In this document: piece by piece, positions 1-8,205 of the stretch
Layout: each line of letters begins with the position of its first letter
How positions within the stretch are numbered: the stretch's first letter is position 1
From: Candidatus Magasanikiibacteriota bacterium
Lineage (GTDB): Bacteria; Patescibacteriota; Patescibacteriia; Magasanikbacterales; UBA10003
Length of the DNA: 45,520 bases
Direction of reading: 5' to 3'
Assembly: GCA_016214465.1 (NCBI GenBank)
Contig: JACROI010000021.1
Location: 1 to 45,520 of the forward strand
Notes under the pieces: model-generated
Database searches by the model: none
What the model was told of the DNA's origin: nothing
Seen by the model: only the letters and a program-made list of their open reading frames with translations
Program-made: the position numbers and the translations under genes

Positions 1-17
1 TTTTAAAGAGAGAGAGT

Positions 18-2381
18 ATGAGCTCAAAAAAAATTAACAGACATCCAATCGTTAAAGGACTGGTTTTTTTTGGATTAGTTCTATTTACCATTTCCTTGTT
101 TTCTTTACCGGTAAAAGCCGGAGTTTTTGATGATATTCGCGACAGTGTCTCGCAAGTCGGTTCATATTTTTCCGAAGGCGAAAAAACTTTTAGTGACGCG
201 TCAGGTAAAATTGGCAACAGCGCGTTGAATGTTTGGCAGAAAATTGGTAATGGACTGGGAGAAGCAGCCGGATCGGTTGTTAAAAATACTTCACAGGCTA
301 GTAGCGCTTTTTTGGGTGGTATTAAGAATTTCGGTCAGACCGTTGGTGGTTTGGGCAATCAAGTTTCTAAAGGATATGACGCGACATTGGGTAAGGTGAA
401 ACAGGGGACTGATAAAGTTGCGGAGACGGTGATAAATGTTTTACCCAAGAAAAATGTTGTGAAAATCGCCGTGCCCAAGCAGGCAGTAAAAAAAGATATT
501 CAAAAATCAGAAGTGAAAGAAGACGCGGCGACATCAGCGTCGGCTTTGATTACAGTACAGCCGGAAGAAAATAAAAAACAATCCGCGCCGATCGCGCCAA
601 AAGAAATAATAATTTATTCCAACAAAGCGAATCAAAAAAGTGTTCAACCGTTGGTTGCTACTGTTGCCAAGGCCTCGTCGGCATCCGGCAATTCCGTTTT
701 TGAAACTATAAAATCCAATGGAGATATTTCTGTTGGTAATGATGTAAAGATAGACGCCGCCACGGGCATCGCGACATTGAAAGGTATAAAAATAATTGGC
801 ACCGTTGATTTTACCGGAGCGGATGTAAAAGGATTTAAACAAACAGTTGTTAATAATTATTCCGGCGCTTCCACTCCGTTGGTTGTTTATAATTCTTCAA
901 GCGGAAATTATGAAACCCGCACCAGCGTTTCCGGAAACTATGGCGGTGTGTCTGAACAATTTTCCGTGGGCAAGGATTTAACTGTCGGGCAGAATGCCAC
1001 GGTGGCGAGCGGCTTGACCATTGGCGCTACATCTGCTAATGGTAGTTTGACCGTTAATGGCGCCGCGGCTATCACTGGCGCGACAACTTTGTCCGGCGCC
1101 GCGACATTGAGCAGCAATTTGACTGTCAACGGTAACACGACACTAGGCGACACAGCTGGCGACACCATTACCATCAATGGTCGTCTTTCAACTTTGAATG
1201 TTTCTGATGGTTCCACCACATCTTCATTGGCAAAAAATAGTTTTTATATTGCGGCTGATTCTTCCAATGCTCTGGGGAAATTCTATGTTGACCTTTCCGG
1301 CAATGTCTCGGCTTCCGGCACCATCACTTCTTCCGGTGGTATTACCATGAGTGGACATCTTAATCCGTCATCTGATAATTTATATGATGTCGGTTCGTCT
1401 TCCACTCAATGGCGTTATGGAAATTTTCAGGGCGGTCTGCTGGTGGCGGACGGTTCCACCACTTCCACTTTATTGAATAATTCTTTAACTCTAGGTCAGG
1501 CCAGCGGCTATAATTTGGGCAAATTTTATATTGATTCCTCCGGCAATGTTTCTGCTTCCGGTACTTGGCAAGTGACCAATACCTCTACATTATATAAAGA
1601 TTTACTGGTGGGAGCGGCTTCTGAATCAATTGCCGATGCCGGTTTTATTTTTACCGGCAATGATGCCTATATAGAAGATCAATTAGGCGTTAATGGCACG
1701 GCTTGGTTTGATGGAAGCATTAGAGCTTCTTCTACCTTGTTGGCTACTGGTGCGGTTACTTTTTATGGTAACAGCACTTTTGGCGATGCGGTTGGCGATA
1801 CTATCAGCTTGAATGGCACTATCAATACAACTGTTCGTGCCTCCTCCACTCTCTTGGTTGGCACTGCCGCCGGCACGGATAATTTGTTTGTGAATGGAAA
1901 CAATACTTATGTAGCGACTTCCACTGCCGCCGGAACCGCGTATTCTTTAGTTGTTGGAAATGGAACAACCGGAGCGGTAATTGCCGGCGGACATATCAGC
2001 CCGAGCCATACCGGTTTGTTTGATTTAGGCAGAAATGGATTAGGATGGAATAATTTATTTACTTCATCTACTATTTACACCGGCGCTGGCGGCACATCTC
2101 TTTCAACTTTATCACCAAATATTTTAGCTTTCGCGGACCTTTGCTTCCGGGACTTTGCAAACCACCGGTTCCATGTTGACTTATGGCAATGTAACTTCCA
2201 CCGGAATAATTTATGCTTCTGGCGGATTGATTTCCAGTGCTTCTTCCAGTTTTGGTTCCAATGTCAATGTTTCCGGTGTTTTAAACGCTTCCGGCACTGT
2301 TTATCTTGGTGGCAATCTTTTAACCGGCACCGGCACTGGCAATTCTTTAGACATTGGCGCTCTCAACAATGCTTTCCGTGA
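18..2381 (+). CDS. Giant secreted repeat-rich surface protein, N-terminal segment (sensible reading ends near 2128-2140; the ORF tail is out of frame)
   Basis: ATG at 18 follows purine-rich agagagagag. Signal/anchor segment VFFGLVLFTISLFSLPVKA. G/S/T/N-rich degenerate repeats with recurring GKFY(V/I)D.SGNVSASGT. The last ~80 aa (CFRDFANHRFHVDLWQC...) are C/F/R/H/W-rich and unlike the rest. Confidence 0.7.
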   Translation: MSSKKINRHPIVKGLVFFGLVLFTISLFSLPVKAGVFDDIRDSVSQVGSYFSEGEKTFSDASGKIGNSALNVWQKIGNGLGEAAGSVVKNTSQASSAFLGGIKNFGQTVGGLGNQVSKGYDATLGKVKQGTDKVAETVINVLPKKNVVKIAVPKQAVKKDIQKSEVKEDAATSASALITVQPEENKKQSAPIAPKEIIIYSNKANQKSVQPLVATVAKASSASGNSVFETIKSNGDISVGNDVKIDAATGIATLKGIKIIGTVDFTGADVKGFKQTVVNNYSGASTPLVVYNSSSGNYETRTSVSGNYGGVSEQFSVGKDLTVGQNATVASGLTIGATSANGSLTVNGAAAITGATTLSGAATLSSNLTVNGNTTLGDTAGDTITINGRLSTLNVSDGSTTSSLAKNSFYIAADSSNALGKFYVDLSGNVSASGTITSSGGITMSGHLNPSSDNLYDVGSSSTQWRYGNFQGGLLVADGSTTSTLLNNSLTLGQASGYNLGKFYIDSSGNVSASGTWQVTNTSTLYKDLLVGAASESIADAGFIFTGNDAYIEDQLGVNGTAWFDGSIRASSTLLATGAVTFYGNSTFGDAVGDTISLNGTINTTVRASSTLLVGTAAGTDNLFVNGNNTYVATSTAAGTAYSLVVGNGTTGAVIAGGHISPSHTGLFDLGRNGLGWNNLFTSSTIYTGAGGTSLSTLSPNILAFADLCFRDFANHRFHVDLWQCNFHRNNLCFWRIDFQCFFQFWFQCQCFRCFKRFRHCLSWWQSFNRHRHWQFFRHWRSQQCFP

Positions 2382-4632
2382 TGTTTATGCTTCTTCTTCA
2401 ATCAATGTAGGTAATGGAGCGAATTCCAGCACTTTTAAAGGAAATTATTTAGCATTAACCAATGGGACGAGTTCTACCGTGTTTAATGGCAGTTCTTTGA
2501 CTTTGGGCCAGGGCACAAATTACAATTCCGGAATGTTTAATGTTAATTCTAATGGGAATGTGAACGCGTCAGGGACTATACAACTTGCTAAATTGGGAAC
2601 TTCCAGCGCTGGAGTTACAACTTACAATTCCCCCGATATTAATATCCAATCTTCTGCTTGGGATACCGATGGCTCGGAAGACACCTGGCAGTTTAAAATA
2701 AGGAATGCTCCTTCAAGTGCGGCGACTACAGTCGGAAATTTAAAATTTTTAGTACAAAAAAATGCAAATTCGGAAGCGATGGTGTTTTCTGCAGATAGCG
2801 CTGGAGCTTTTACAGCAGTCACATCATTAAATACTAACACCGGTATAGTCCAATCGAATAATACGTTAATGATAGTAAAGGGATGGGCGGCTGACGGGGG
2901 CACATCCGTCGGTGTGGCTTTGGACGCGGGAACTGCCTTTGTAAATGCTGGCGCAAAATTGGTTTCTATCAGAAACGCAGGAACAGAAAAAGCATATTTT
3001 AATGCCTCCGGCACACCTGCTTTTGGCATTCAGACTGGATATAATGATGGATTATTCAAGATAGATACCTCCGGCAATGTCTCTGCAACCGGCTCCCTCA
3101 AAACCTTTGGTAATGTTACTTCCACCGGCAATCTTTACGCTCTTACCAGCACTGCCAGCACTTCTATTTTAAATGGCAGTTCTTTGACTTTGGGCCAGGG
3201 CACTGCTTACAACTCCGGAATGTTTAATGTTGATTCTAATGGGAATGTGAGAACATCCGGCACTACTTTCCAAATGTATGACCCTAATTCAGGCCAATTG
3301 TCCGCTAACTTTAGTATAATCACTTCTGTGGGCGGCCCACCGGGGCAAAACTATGCATCCACGACTTTTAATTCACTAGTATATGACAGCGTTGGTTCTA
3401 CAGGTTTTGTTTTTAATACTTATGTAGGAGGAGAAGGAGGAGCCATGACTTCGGGCACTACACCCGGAGTGCCTGATACTGCCGCACCTGCTAAAGCTTT
3501 GGCTGTGTTTCAAAATAATGGCACTAACAAAGTTATAATTTCGGCTGGCGGCAATGTCTATGCGAAAAATAGTTTTATTGCTAACAGTACCACTTACAGC
3601 ATCGCTGATATGGCCGAGTACGTTAATTTAACTACTGGCGAAACCGGCGAGCCGGGTGATGTGCTAGTAGTGGATTTAGCCCATCCCAATCAATATAAAA
3701 AATCATCTTCCGCTTATTCCAAAGAGATTGCTGGCGTAATTTCCGATACCGGAGCGTTTTTGATGGGCGCCTCGGGTGAAGGCCGCGCTCCTTTGGCCTT
3801 GGCCGGTTTAGTTAAAACCAAAGTTACGGATGAAAATGGTCCGATTGCTGTTGGCGATTACTTGGTTTCCGCTTCCAAGCCAGGCTATGCTATGAAGTAT
3901 GATTCATCTTCCGGTAAATCGGCCGGGTTGGTTGGTATGGCATTGGAACCATTGGCTAACGGCGATGGCAAAATCACTATTATGGTGAATATGACTGTTG
4001 GTGAAAACGGCGATGGTACTTTGTCCGGTGGAGAGGATTGGGATGTTGGCGGAAAAAATATCTTAAATGTTAAATCAATCAGCGGCGCGAACGGGTTGTG
4101 GTATATTGATGAAAAAGGGTTCTTGATGGCTAAAGAAATCAAAGCCGATAAAGTGCAAGCCAAAAAATTCGTGGTGGAAAAAGAAACTAATTTGAAAAAA
4201 GCCAGCGTGGGCGAAGCCACCATTAGCCAAAATAATTCCAGTATAACGGTGGAGAATGAATTGATTACTTCAAAAGTTAAAATTTTCATTACTTTCCGTT
4301 CCAACCCGCAGTCATTTTGGTGGATTTCAAAACAAGAAGACGGTAAATTTGAAGTGTCTTTGAGCAAAGTGGCGGAAGTGGATTTGACATTTGATTATTG
4401 GATTGTGGGAGTGGAAGACGCGCCTGCATTAGAGACGAAATCCGCTCCAGCCGCGTCTGTTGCTCCGATTGAGACGCCGGTGGTGCCGGTTGTTGAATCT
4501 GCGCCAATTACTCCAATCGTTCCCGACACAGCATCCGCGTCAACAACCGTTGAAACACCGGCACCGGTTGCGCCAGTTGAATTAGCTCCGACAGAGTCAG
4601 CGTCGGTTTCCGATGAAGTTCCCAATCCTTAA
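2155..4632 (+). CDS. Giant surface protein, C-terminal segment in the +1 frame (tail-fibre/adhesin-like repeats, globular C-terminal domain, Pro/Ala/Val-rich tail)
   Basis: This frame is open from 2128 (TAG at 2125-2127) and continues the same repeat type (GNVTSTG, SSLTLGQGT.YNSGMFNV.SNGNV). It includes the block IADMAEYVNL...GEPGDVLVVD...IAGVISD...PLALAGLVKTKV...GPIAVGDYLVSASKPGYAMK. The track start at 2155 is a TTG. Confidence 0.7.
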   Translation: MQTTGSMLTYGNVTSTGIIYASGGLISSASSSFGSNVNVSGVLNASGTVYLGGNLLTGTGTGNSLDIGALNNAFRDVYASSSINVGNGANSSTFKGNYLALTNGTSSTVFNGSSLTLGQGTNYNSGMFNVNSNGNVNASGTIQLAKLGTSSAGVTTYNSPDINIQSSAWDTDGSEDTWQFKIRNAPSSAATTVGNLKFLVQKNANSEAMVFSADSAGAFTAVTSLNTNTGIVQSNNTLMIVKGWAADGGTSVGVALDAGTAFVNAGAKLVSIRNAGTEKAYFNASGTPAFGIQTGYNDGLFKIDTSGNVSATGSLKTFGNVTSTGNLYALTSTASTSILNGSSLTLGQGTAYNSGMFNVDSNGNVRTSGTTFQMYDPNSGQLSANFSIITSVGGPPGQNYASTTFNSLVYDSVGSTGFVFNTYVGGEGGAMTSGTTPGVPDTAAPAKALAVFQNNGTNKVIISAGGNVYAKNSFIANSTTYSIADMAEYVNLTTGETGEPGDVLVVDLAHPNQYKKSSSAYSKEIAGVISDTGAFLMGASGEGRAPLALAGLVKTKVTDENGPIAVGDYLVSASKPGYAMKYDSSSGKSAGLVGMALEPLANGDGKITIMVNMTVGENGDGTLSGGEDWDVGGKNILNVKSISGANGLWYIDEKGFLMAKEIKADKVQAKKFVVEKETNLKKASVGEATISQNNSSITVENELITSKVKIFITFRSNPQSFWWISKQEDGKFEVSLSKVAEVDLTFDYWIVGVEDAPALETKSAPAASVAPIETPVVPVVESAPITPIVPDTASASTTVETPAPVAPVELAPTESASVSDEVPNP

Positions 4633-4653
4633 AATTTAATTTAATCAACTAGC

Positions 4654-6945
4654 ATGGATACATTTACCGCTAGATTACTCAATGGCATTACCAAATTCGG
4701 CCTGTATTTGACTGTTTTTTTAATTCCCATATTTTATCTGCCTTTTACCGATGAAAAATTGGAATTAAATAAATATTTTTTACTTTATTTTTTGATTTTT
4801 GTTTCTCTGTTGTGCTGGCTCGGAAGGTCGTTGATAAAAAAAAGTTTTGAAATCAGGCGCACGCCATTGGATATTCCATTACTCGCCATTTGGTTTTTAT
4901 ATTTTTTGACCGCCCTGCTTTCGCAAGATAAATTTTTAAGTTTTTTCGGCGATTTTAGCTTTTTGGGCTTGTCTTTTTTCGGTCTGACTGTTTTTGCAGT
5001 TTTTTATTTTTTAATCGTTCAAAATTTATTAAAAATCAGTCAAATCTTGGGTGCGGTGTATTTATTTTTGTTCGGCGGAACTTTAAGCGCGGCGTATTGG
5101 TTGCTTTTTACCTTTAAATTATTTGATTGGCCGAGTTTTTTGCCGAAATTCAATCTAGTTAATGGTTCCAACACTTTGTTTGGCGTGTATTTGGCCGTGA
5201 TTTTTGTAATGTATTTAGCTTTTTTAACTGTTAAAAAACGAGAATTGGTTTTGGATGTTTTTTTCTTGTTATGCGCTTTAATAAATTTAGTCGCTTTGGT
5301 TGTTTTGGGTTTTAAATTGATTTGGATTATCACGGCCGCGGCCATATTCTTAATGTTGGTTTTTTTCTTGACTTACGCTGAAAAAGTGCGCACCGTGTGG
5401 ATTTCAATCGCTTTTACGATTTTTGTCATTTCTTTGTTGTTTATATTCTTGGGCGTGCCCAAGTTTTTAACCGCTAATTTGCCTTTGGAGGTTTCTTTAT
5501 CATCAAATATTTCTTGGCAGATTGCCACGGACACTATTACAGCCGGAGCAAAGAATTTTCTTTTTGGCACCGGTCCCGGTACTTTTTTGTTTGATTTTTC
5601 CCAGTTTCGGCCAACTGAATTTAATAATAATTTTGCCTGGAATATCCGTTTTCGCCAGTCATACAACAGTGCGTTTGATTGGTTGATGACCACCGGTCTT
5701 TTGGGTGCCTTGGCTATTCTTTTTTTGATTTTAATGGTATTGGGGTTGATTGTTAGCACCTGGCTAAAACATTTGTCGGAATTGCGCGGCAAGAAAAAAA
5801 CATCGGACACGGAAGAACAGACCGTGGTTGGATTTTTTTATAAATCACCTTTGATTTTTTGGGGATTGGTTGGGTCGTGGCTTACTCTTTTAATCGCTTT
5901 TTTCTTAATGAGTTTTGGTTCGGCTCATTGGTTGGCATTTTGGCTGTTATTGGGATTAATCGTTAGCGCAAGCGCTCATCTGTCTAAAGCGGAATTACCA
6001 ACTTGGAGATTTTCTTTAAAAACCACGCCGCAATACGCCTTGGTTACCTCTTTTGGATTTATTTTAATTTTTACGGCCATTATCGTGGTTGGAATTTATT
6101 TTGGCCGGTATTTTACCGCCGAAGTGATTTTTGTTAAGGCGTTGAATAAGCCGCTGGATCAAAAAATCAGTGATTTAAGTAAAGTAGTTGAATGGAGTCC
6201 GCATCGCGTGCTGTTTCAATTAATTTTGGCTGACACATTTTTGAACAAAGCCGGAGAAATCGCCAATAAAACCAATGATGTAAATCAAGTGGCTCCTTTG
6301 GTGTCCTCGGCTGTGCAAGCGGCCAAAAACGCCACTGACCAATCACCCAATAATGTGGCTACCTGGGAATACCTTTCTAATATGTACGGGAGCGCGCGAG
6401 CTTTCGCTCCCGAAGCCAACAATTGGACCATAGGCGCTTTGGAAAAGGCGTTGGCTTTGGAGCCAACCAATCCGACTTTTTATGTGGCTTTGGGTAATGC
6501 CAAATTATTGGAAAAACGCTACACTGAAGCCAAAGAGGACTATGATAAAGCTATTGCTTTGAAGCCAAATTTACTAATGGCTTATGTGAGGTTGGCTTTT
6601 ATGGAAGAAATGAAGAATAATATAAGTGGCAGTATCGCGGTTTTAGAAAAAGGTTTGAATTATGGAATCCAAGATCCGGGTTATGTTTTTCAGTTGGGCA
6701 GATATTATTTCAATCGTGCGCAAAAAGGCGATTACACTTTGGCCGAAGCGGCGTTTAGAAAAGCCATTATTTTACAGCCAAATTATTCCGATGCCATATT
6801 TTCTCTCGGCCTTTTATACGAGAAAACCGGCAACACTAGCGTAGCCTTGGAAATGTACAGAAAAGTTTTGGATTTGAATCCTGGGAATCTTGATATTAAG
6901 AAGAAAATCAATGCGTTAAGCGGCGGCGGTGAAGATAAGAAATAG
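4654..6945 (+). CDS. O-antigen ligase (Wzy_C)-like polytopic membrane protein fused to C-terminal TPR repeats
   Basis: More than 10 hydrophobic helices. QSYNSAFDWLMTTGLLG resembles the HN..L..L.E.G..G ligase motif. The C-terminal ~250 aa are TPR-like (ALALEPTNPTFYVALGNA, AIALKPNLLMAYVRLA, AIILQPNYSDAIFSLGLLY, VLDLNPGN). Confidence 0.7.
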   Translation: MDTFTARLLNGITKFGLYLTVFLIPIFYLPFTDEKLELNKYFLLYFLIFVSLLCWLGRSLIKKSFEIRRTPLDIPLLAIWFLYFLTALLSQDKFLSFFGDFSFLGLSFFGLTVFAVFYFLIVQNLLKISQILGAVYLFLFGGTLSAAYWLLFTFKLFDWPSFLPKFNLVNGSNTLFGVYLAVIFVMYLAFLTVKKRELVLDVFFLLCALINLVALVVLGFKLIWIITAAAIFLMLVFFLTYAEKVRTVWISIAFTIFVISLLFIFLGVPKFLTANLPLEVSLSSNISWQIATDTITAGAKNFLFGTGPGTFLFDFSQFRPTEFNNNFAWNIRFRQSYNSAFDWLMTTGLLGALAILFLILMVLGLIVSTWLKHLSELRGKKKTSDTEEQTVVGFFYKSPLIFWGLVGSWLTLLIAFFLMSFGSAHWLAFWLLLGLIVSASAHLSKAELPTWRFSLKTTPQYALVTSFGFILIFTAIIVVGIYFGRYFTAEVIFVKALNKPLDQKISDLSKVVEWSPHRVLFQLILADTFLNKAGEIANKTNDVNQVAPLVSSAVQAAKNATDQSPNNVATWEYLSNMYGSARAFAPEANNWTIGALEKALALEPTNPTFYVALGNAKLLEKRYTEAKEDYDKAIALKPNLLMAYVRLAFMEEMKNNISGSIAVLEKGLNYGIQDPGYVFQLGRYYFNRAQKGDYTLAEAAFRKAIILQPNYSDAIFSLGLLYEKTGNTSVALEMYRKVLDLNPGNLDIKKKINALSGGGEDKK

Positions 6946-6950
6946 TTTTT

Positions 6951-6988
6951 AAAAACAGGCCGTTGGTCTAGACCCGCGGCCTGTTTTA
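6951..6988 (+). terminator. Rho-independent terminator after the ligase/TPR gene
   Basis: Stem acaggccg (6955-6962) pairs with cggcctgt (6977-6984) and is followed by tttt. A-rich 5' flank. Confidence 0.6.
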
Positions 6989-6999
6989 GTTTAAAATGT

Positions 7000-8205
7000 T
7001 TGTATATGATATTTAAAAGTAAAAAAGTGCTTGTAGCCATTTCCGGCGGAGTGGATTCAGCGGTTGCCGCGGCTTTATTGCAAAAAGCCGGGTATGAAGT
7101 GACTGGCGCGTTTATGAAGTGCTATAGCGGTTCCATTCCTGGCGGTAAAGCGCCATGCTGGATTGAAGACCGGCGCGAAGCTCTGCGGGTGGCGGCAAAA
7201 CTCGGAATTAAGCTCCTAACTTTTGATTTTGAAAAAGAATATCATCGCGATGTGATTGATTATTTGTATAAAGAATATCGCGCCGGCCGCACGCCCAATC
7301 CTGATGTAATGTGCAATAAGTATGTTAAAATTCCGCTTTTGTTAAAAGCGGCTGAAAAACTGAGTTTTGATTATATCGCCACCGGGCATTATGCGCGTCT
7401 GTCTGTAAATTGTCATTGCGAGGAGCGAAGCGACGAAGCAATCTCGTATAAGCTTTTACAGGCAACAGACAAAAATAAAGATCAGACATATTTTTTACAT
7501 CAATTGGGACAAAAAGAATTGCGACGATTGATTTTTCCAATTGGCGAGTTGTGCAAAAATGAAGTTCGCGCGTTGGCCAAACAATTTGATTTGCCTGTAG
7601 CCGAGAGGGAAGAGAGTATGGGAATTTGTTTTGTGGGCGAGGTTCCGATGAAAGAATTTTTGCAAAAAAAAATCAAGCCGTGTCGCGGATCAGTGATTTT
7701 GAGCAATGGTGGAAAAGTCGGTGGACATGATGGATTGGCATTTTACACTATTGGAGAAAAATTTTCCTGTCATTCTAAGCGCCAGCGAAGAATCTCTGAT
7801 TATTGCACAATGGATTCTTCGGCTTTGCCTCAGAATGACAATAAGCGGGCGTTATATGTGGTAGACAAAGATATAAAACGCAATCGCCTTATCGTCGGCC
7901 TGGCCGATAACCCTCTATTGTTTAAGGAAAAAATACAAGTGAGTATGGTGAATTGGTTGGCTGGACAAGCGCCTAAATTTCCTTTATCATGTGAAGTGAG
8001 GTTGAGGCACCGTCAGTTGCTTCAAAAAGCCATTGTCAGAAATTTAAAGTCAAAAATTTTAGTGGAGTTTGAAGCGCCGCAGAGGGCTGTTACCCCGGGT
8101 CAGTTCGCGGTGTTTTATAAAGACTGTGAGTGTCTGGGGGGCGGAACAATACGAGATTGCCACGCCACGACGGATATTGGGGCTCGCAATGACAAAAACG
8201 ATTGA
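7000..8205 (+). CDS. mnmA: tRNA-specific 2-thiouridylase MnmA, with palindromic-element-derived insertions and C-terminal tail
   Basis: PP-loop VLVAISGGVDSAVAAALL. Also RTPNPDVMCN, IATGHYAR, KDQTYFL and PGQFAVFY..CLGGGTI. Confidence 0.9.
   Translation: MYMIFKSKKVLVAISGGVDSAVAAALLQKAGYEVTGAFMKCYSGSIPGGKAPCWIEDRREALRVAAKLGIKLLTFDFEKEYHRDVIDYLYKEYRAGRTPNPDVMCNKYVKIPLLLKAAEKLSFDYIATGHYARLSVNCHCEERSDEAISYKLLQATDKNKDQTYFLHQLGQKELRRLIFPIGELCKNEVRALAKQFDLPVAEREESMGICFVGEVPMKEFLQKKIKPCRGSVILSNGGKVGGHDGLAFYTIGEKFSCHSKRQRRISDYCTMDSSALPQNDNKRALYVVDKDIKRNRLIVGLADNPLLFKEKIQVSMVNWLAGQAPKFPLSCEVRLRHRQLLQKAIVRNLKSKILVEFEAPQRAVTPGQFAVFYKDCECLGGGTIRDCHATTDIGARNDKND
7411..7446 (+). repeat. P-family palindromic-element arm inserted in frame in mnmA (encodes CHCEERSDEAIS)
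   Basis: tgtcattgcgaggagcgaagcgacgaagcaatctc is the exact 35-nt reverse complement of the right arm of the 118-bp elements at 23762-23796 and 39053-39087. Confidence 0.85.
7768..7840 (+). repeat. P-family complete hairpin element inserted in frame in mnmA (encodes CHSKRQRRISDYCTMDSSALPQNDN)
   Basis: Arms are tgtcattctaagcgccagcgaagaatc (7768-7794) and gattcttcggctttgcctcagaatgaca (7813-7840), with complementary termini. Confidence 0.8.
8153..8194 (+). repeat. Degenerate P-family arm spanning the mnmA 3' end and the alaS start
   Basis: gagattgcc...ggctcgcaatgaca resembles the right-arm consensus gagattgcttcg...ctcgcaatgaca. It encodes the mnmA tail and contains the alaS ATG (8189-8191) within gcaATGaca. 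Confidence 0.65.

Noticed and set aside
2481-3265. Two near-identical ~90-nt repeats in the surface protein (2481-2577 and 3171-3267, encoding SSLTLGQGT.YNSGMFNV.SNGNV), considered as a possible DGR template/variable repeat pair.
   Set aside because: The differences are not restricted to adenine positions (T-to-C and multi-base changes occur). No reverse transcriptase or accessory gene is in the window. These are ordinary internal protein repeats.
8069-8188. Extended N-termini proposed by the ORF track (8069 alaS, 10140 GT-C, 13287 rpsD, 30249 M23 peptidase, 37361 nucleotidyltransferase, 41591 coiled-coil protein, 43070 aminotransferase).
   Set aside because: The extensions overlap the 3' ends of upstream genes or repeat elements and translate to atypical sequence. 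Internal ATGs immediately precede the conserved N-terminal motifs.
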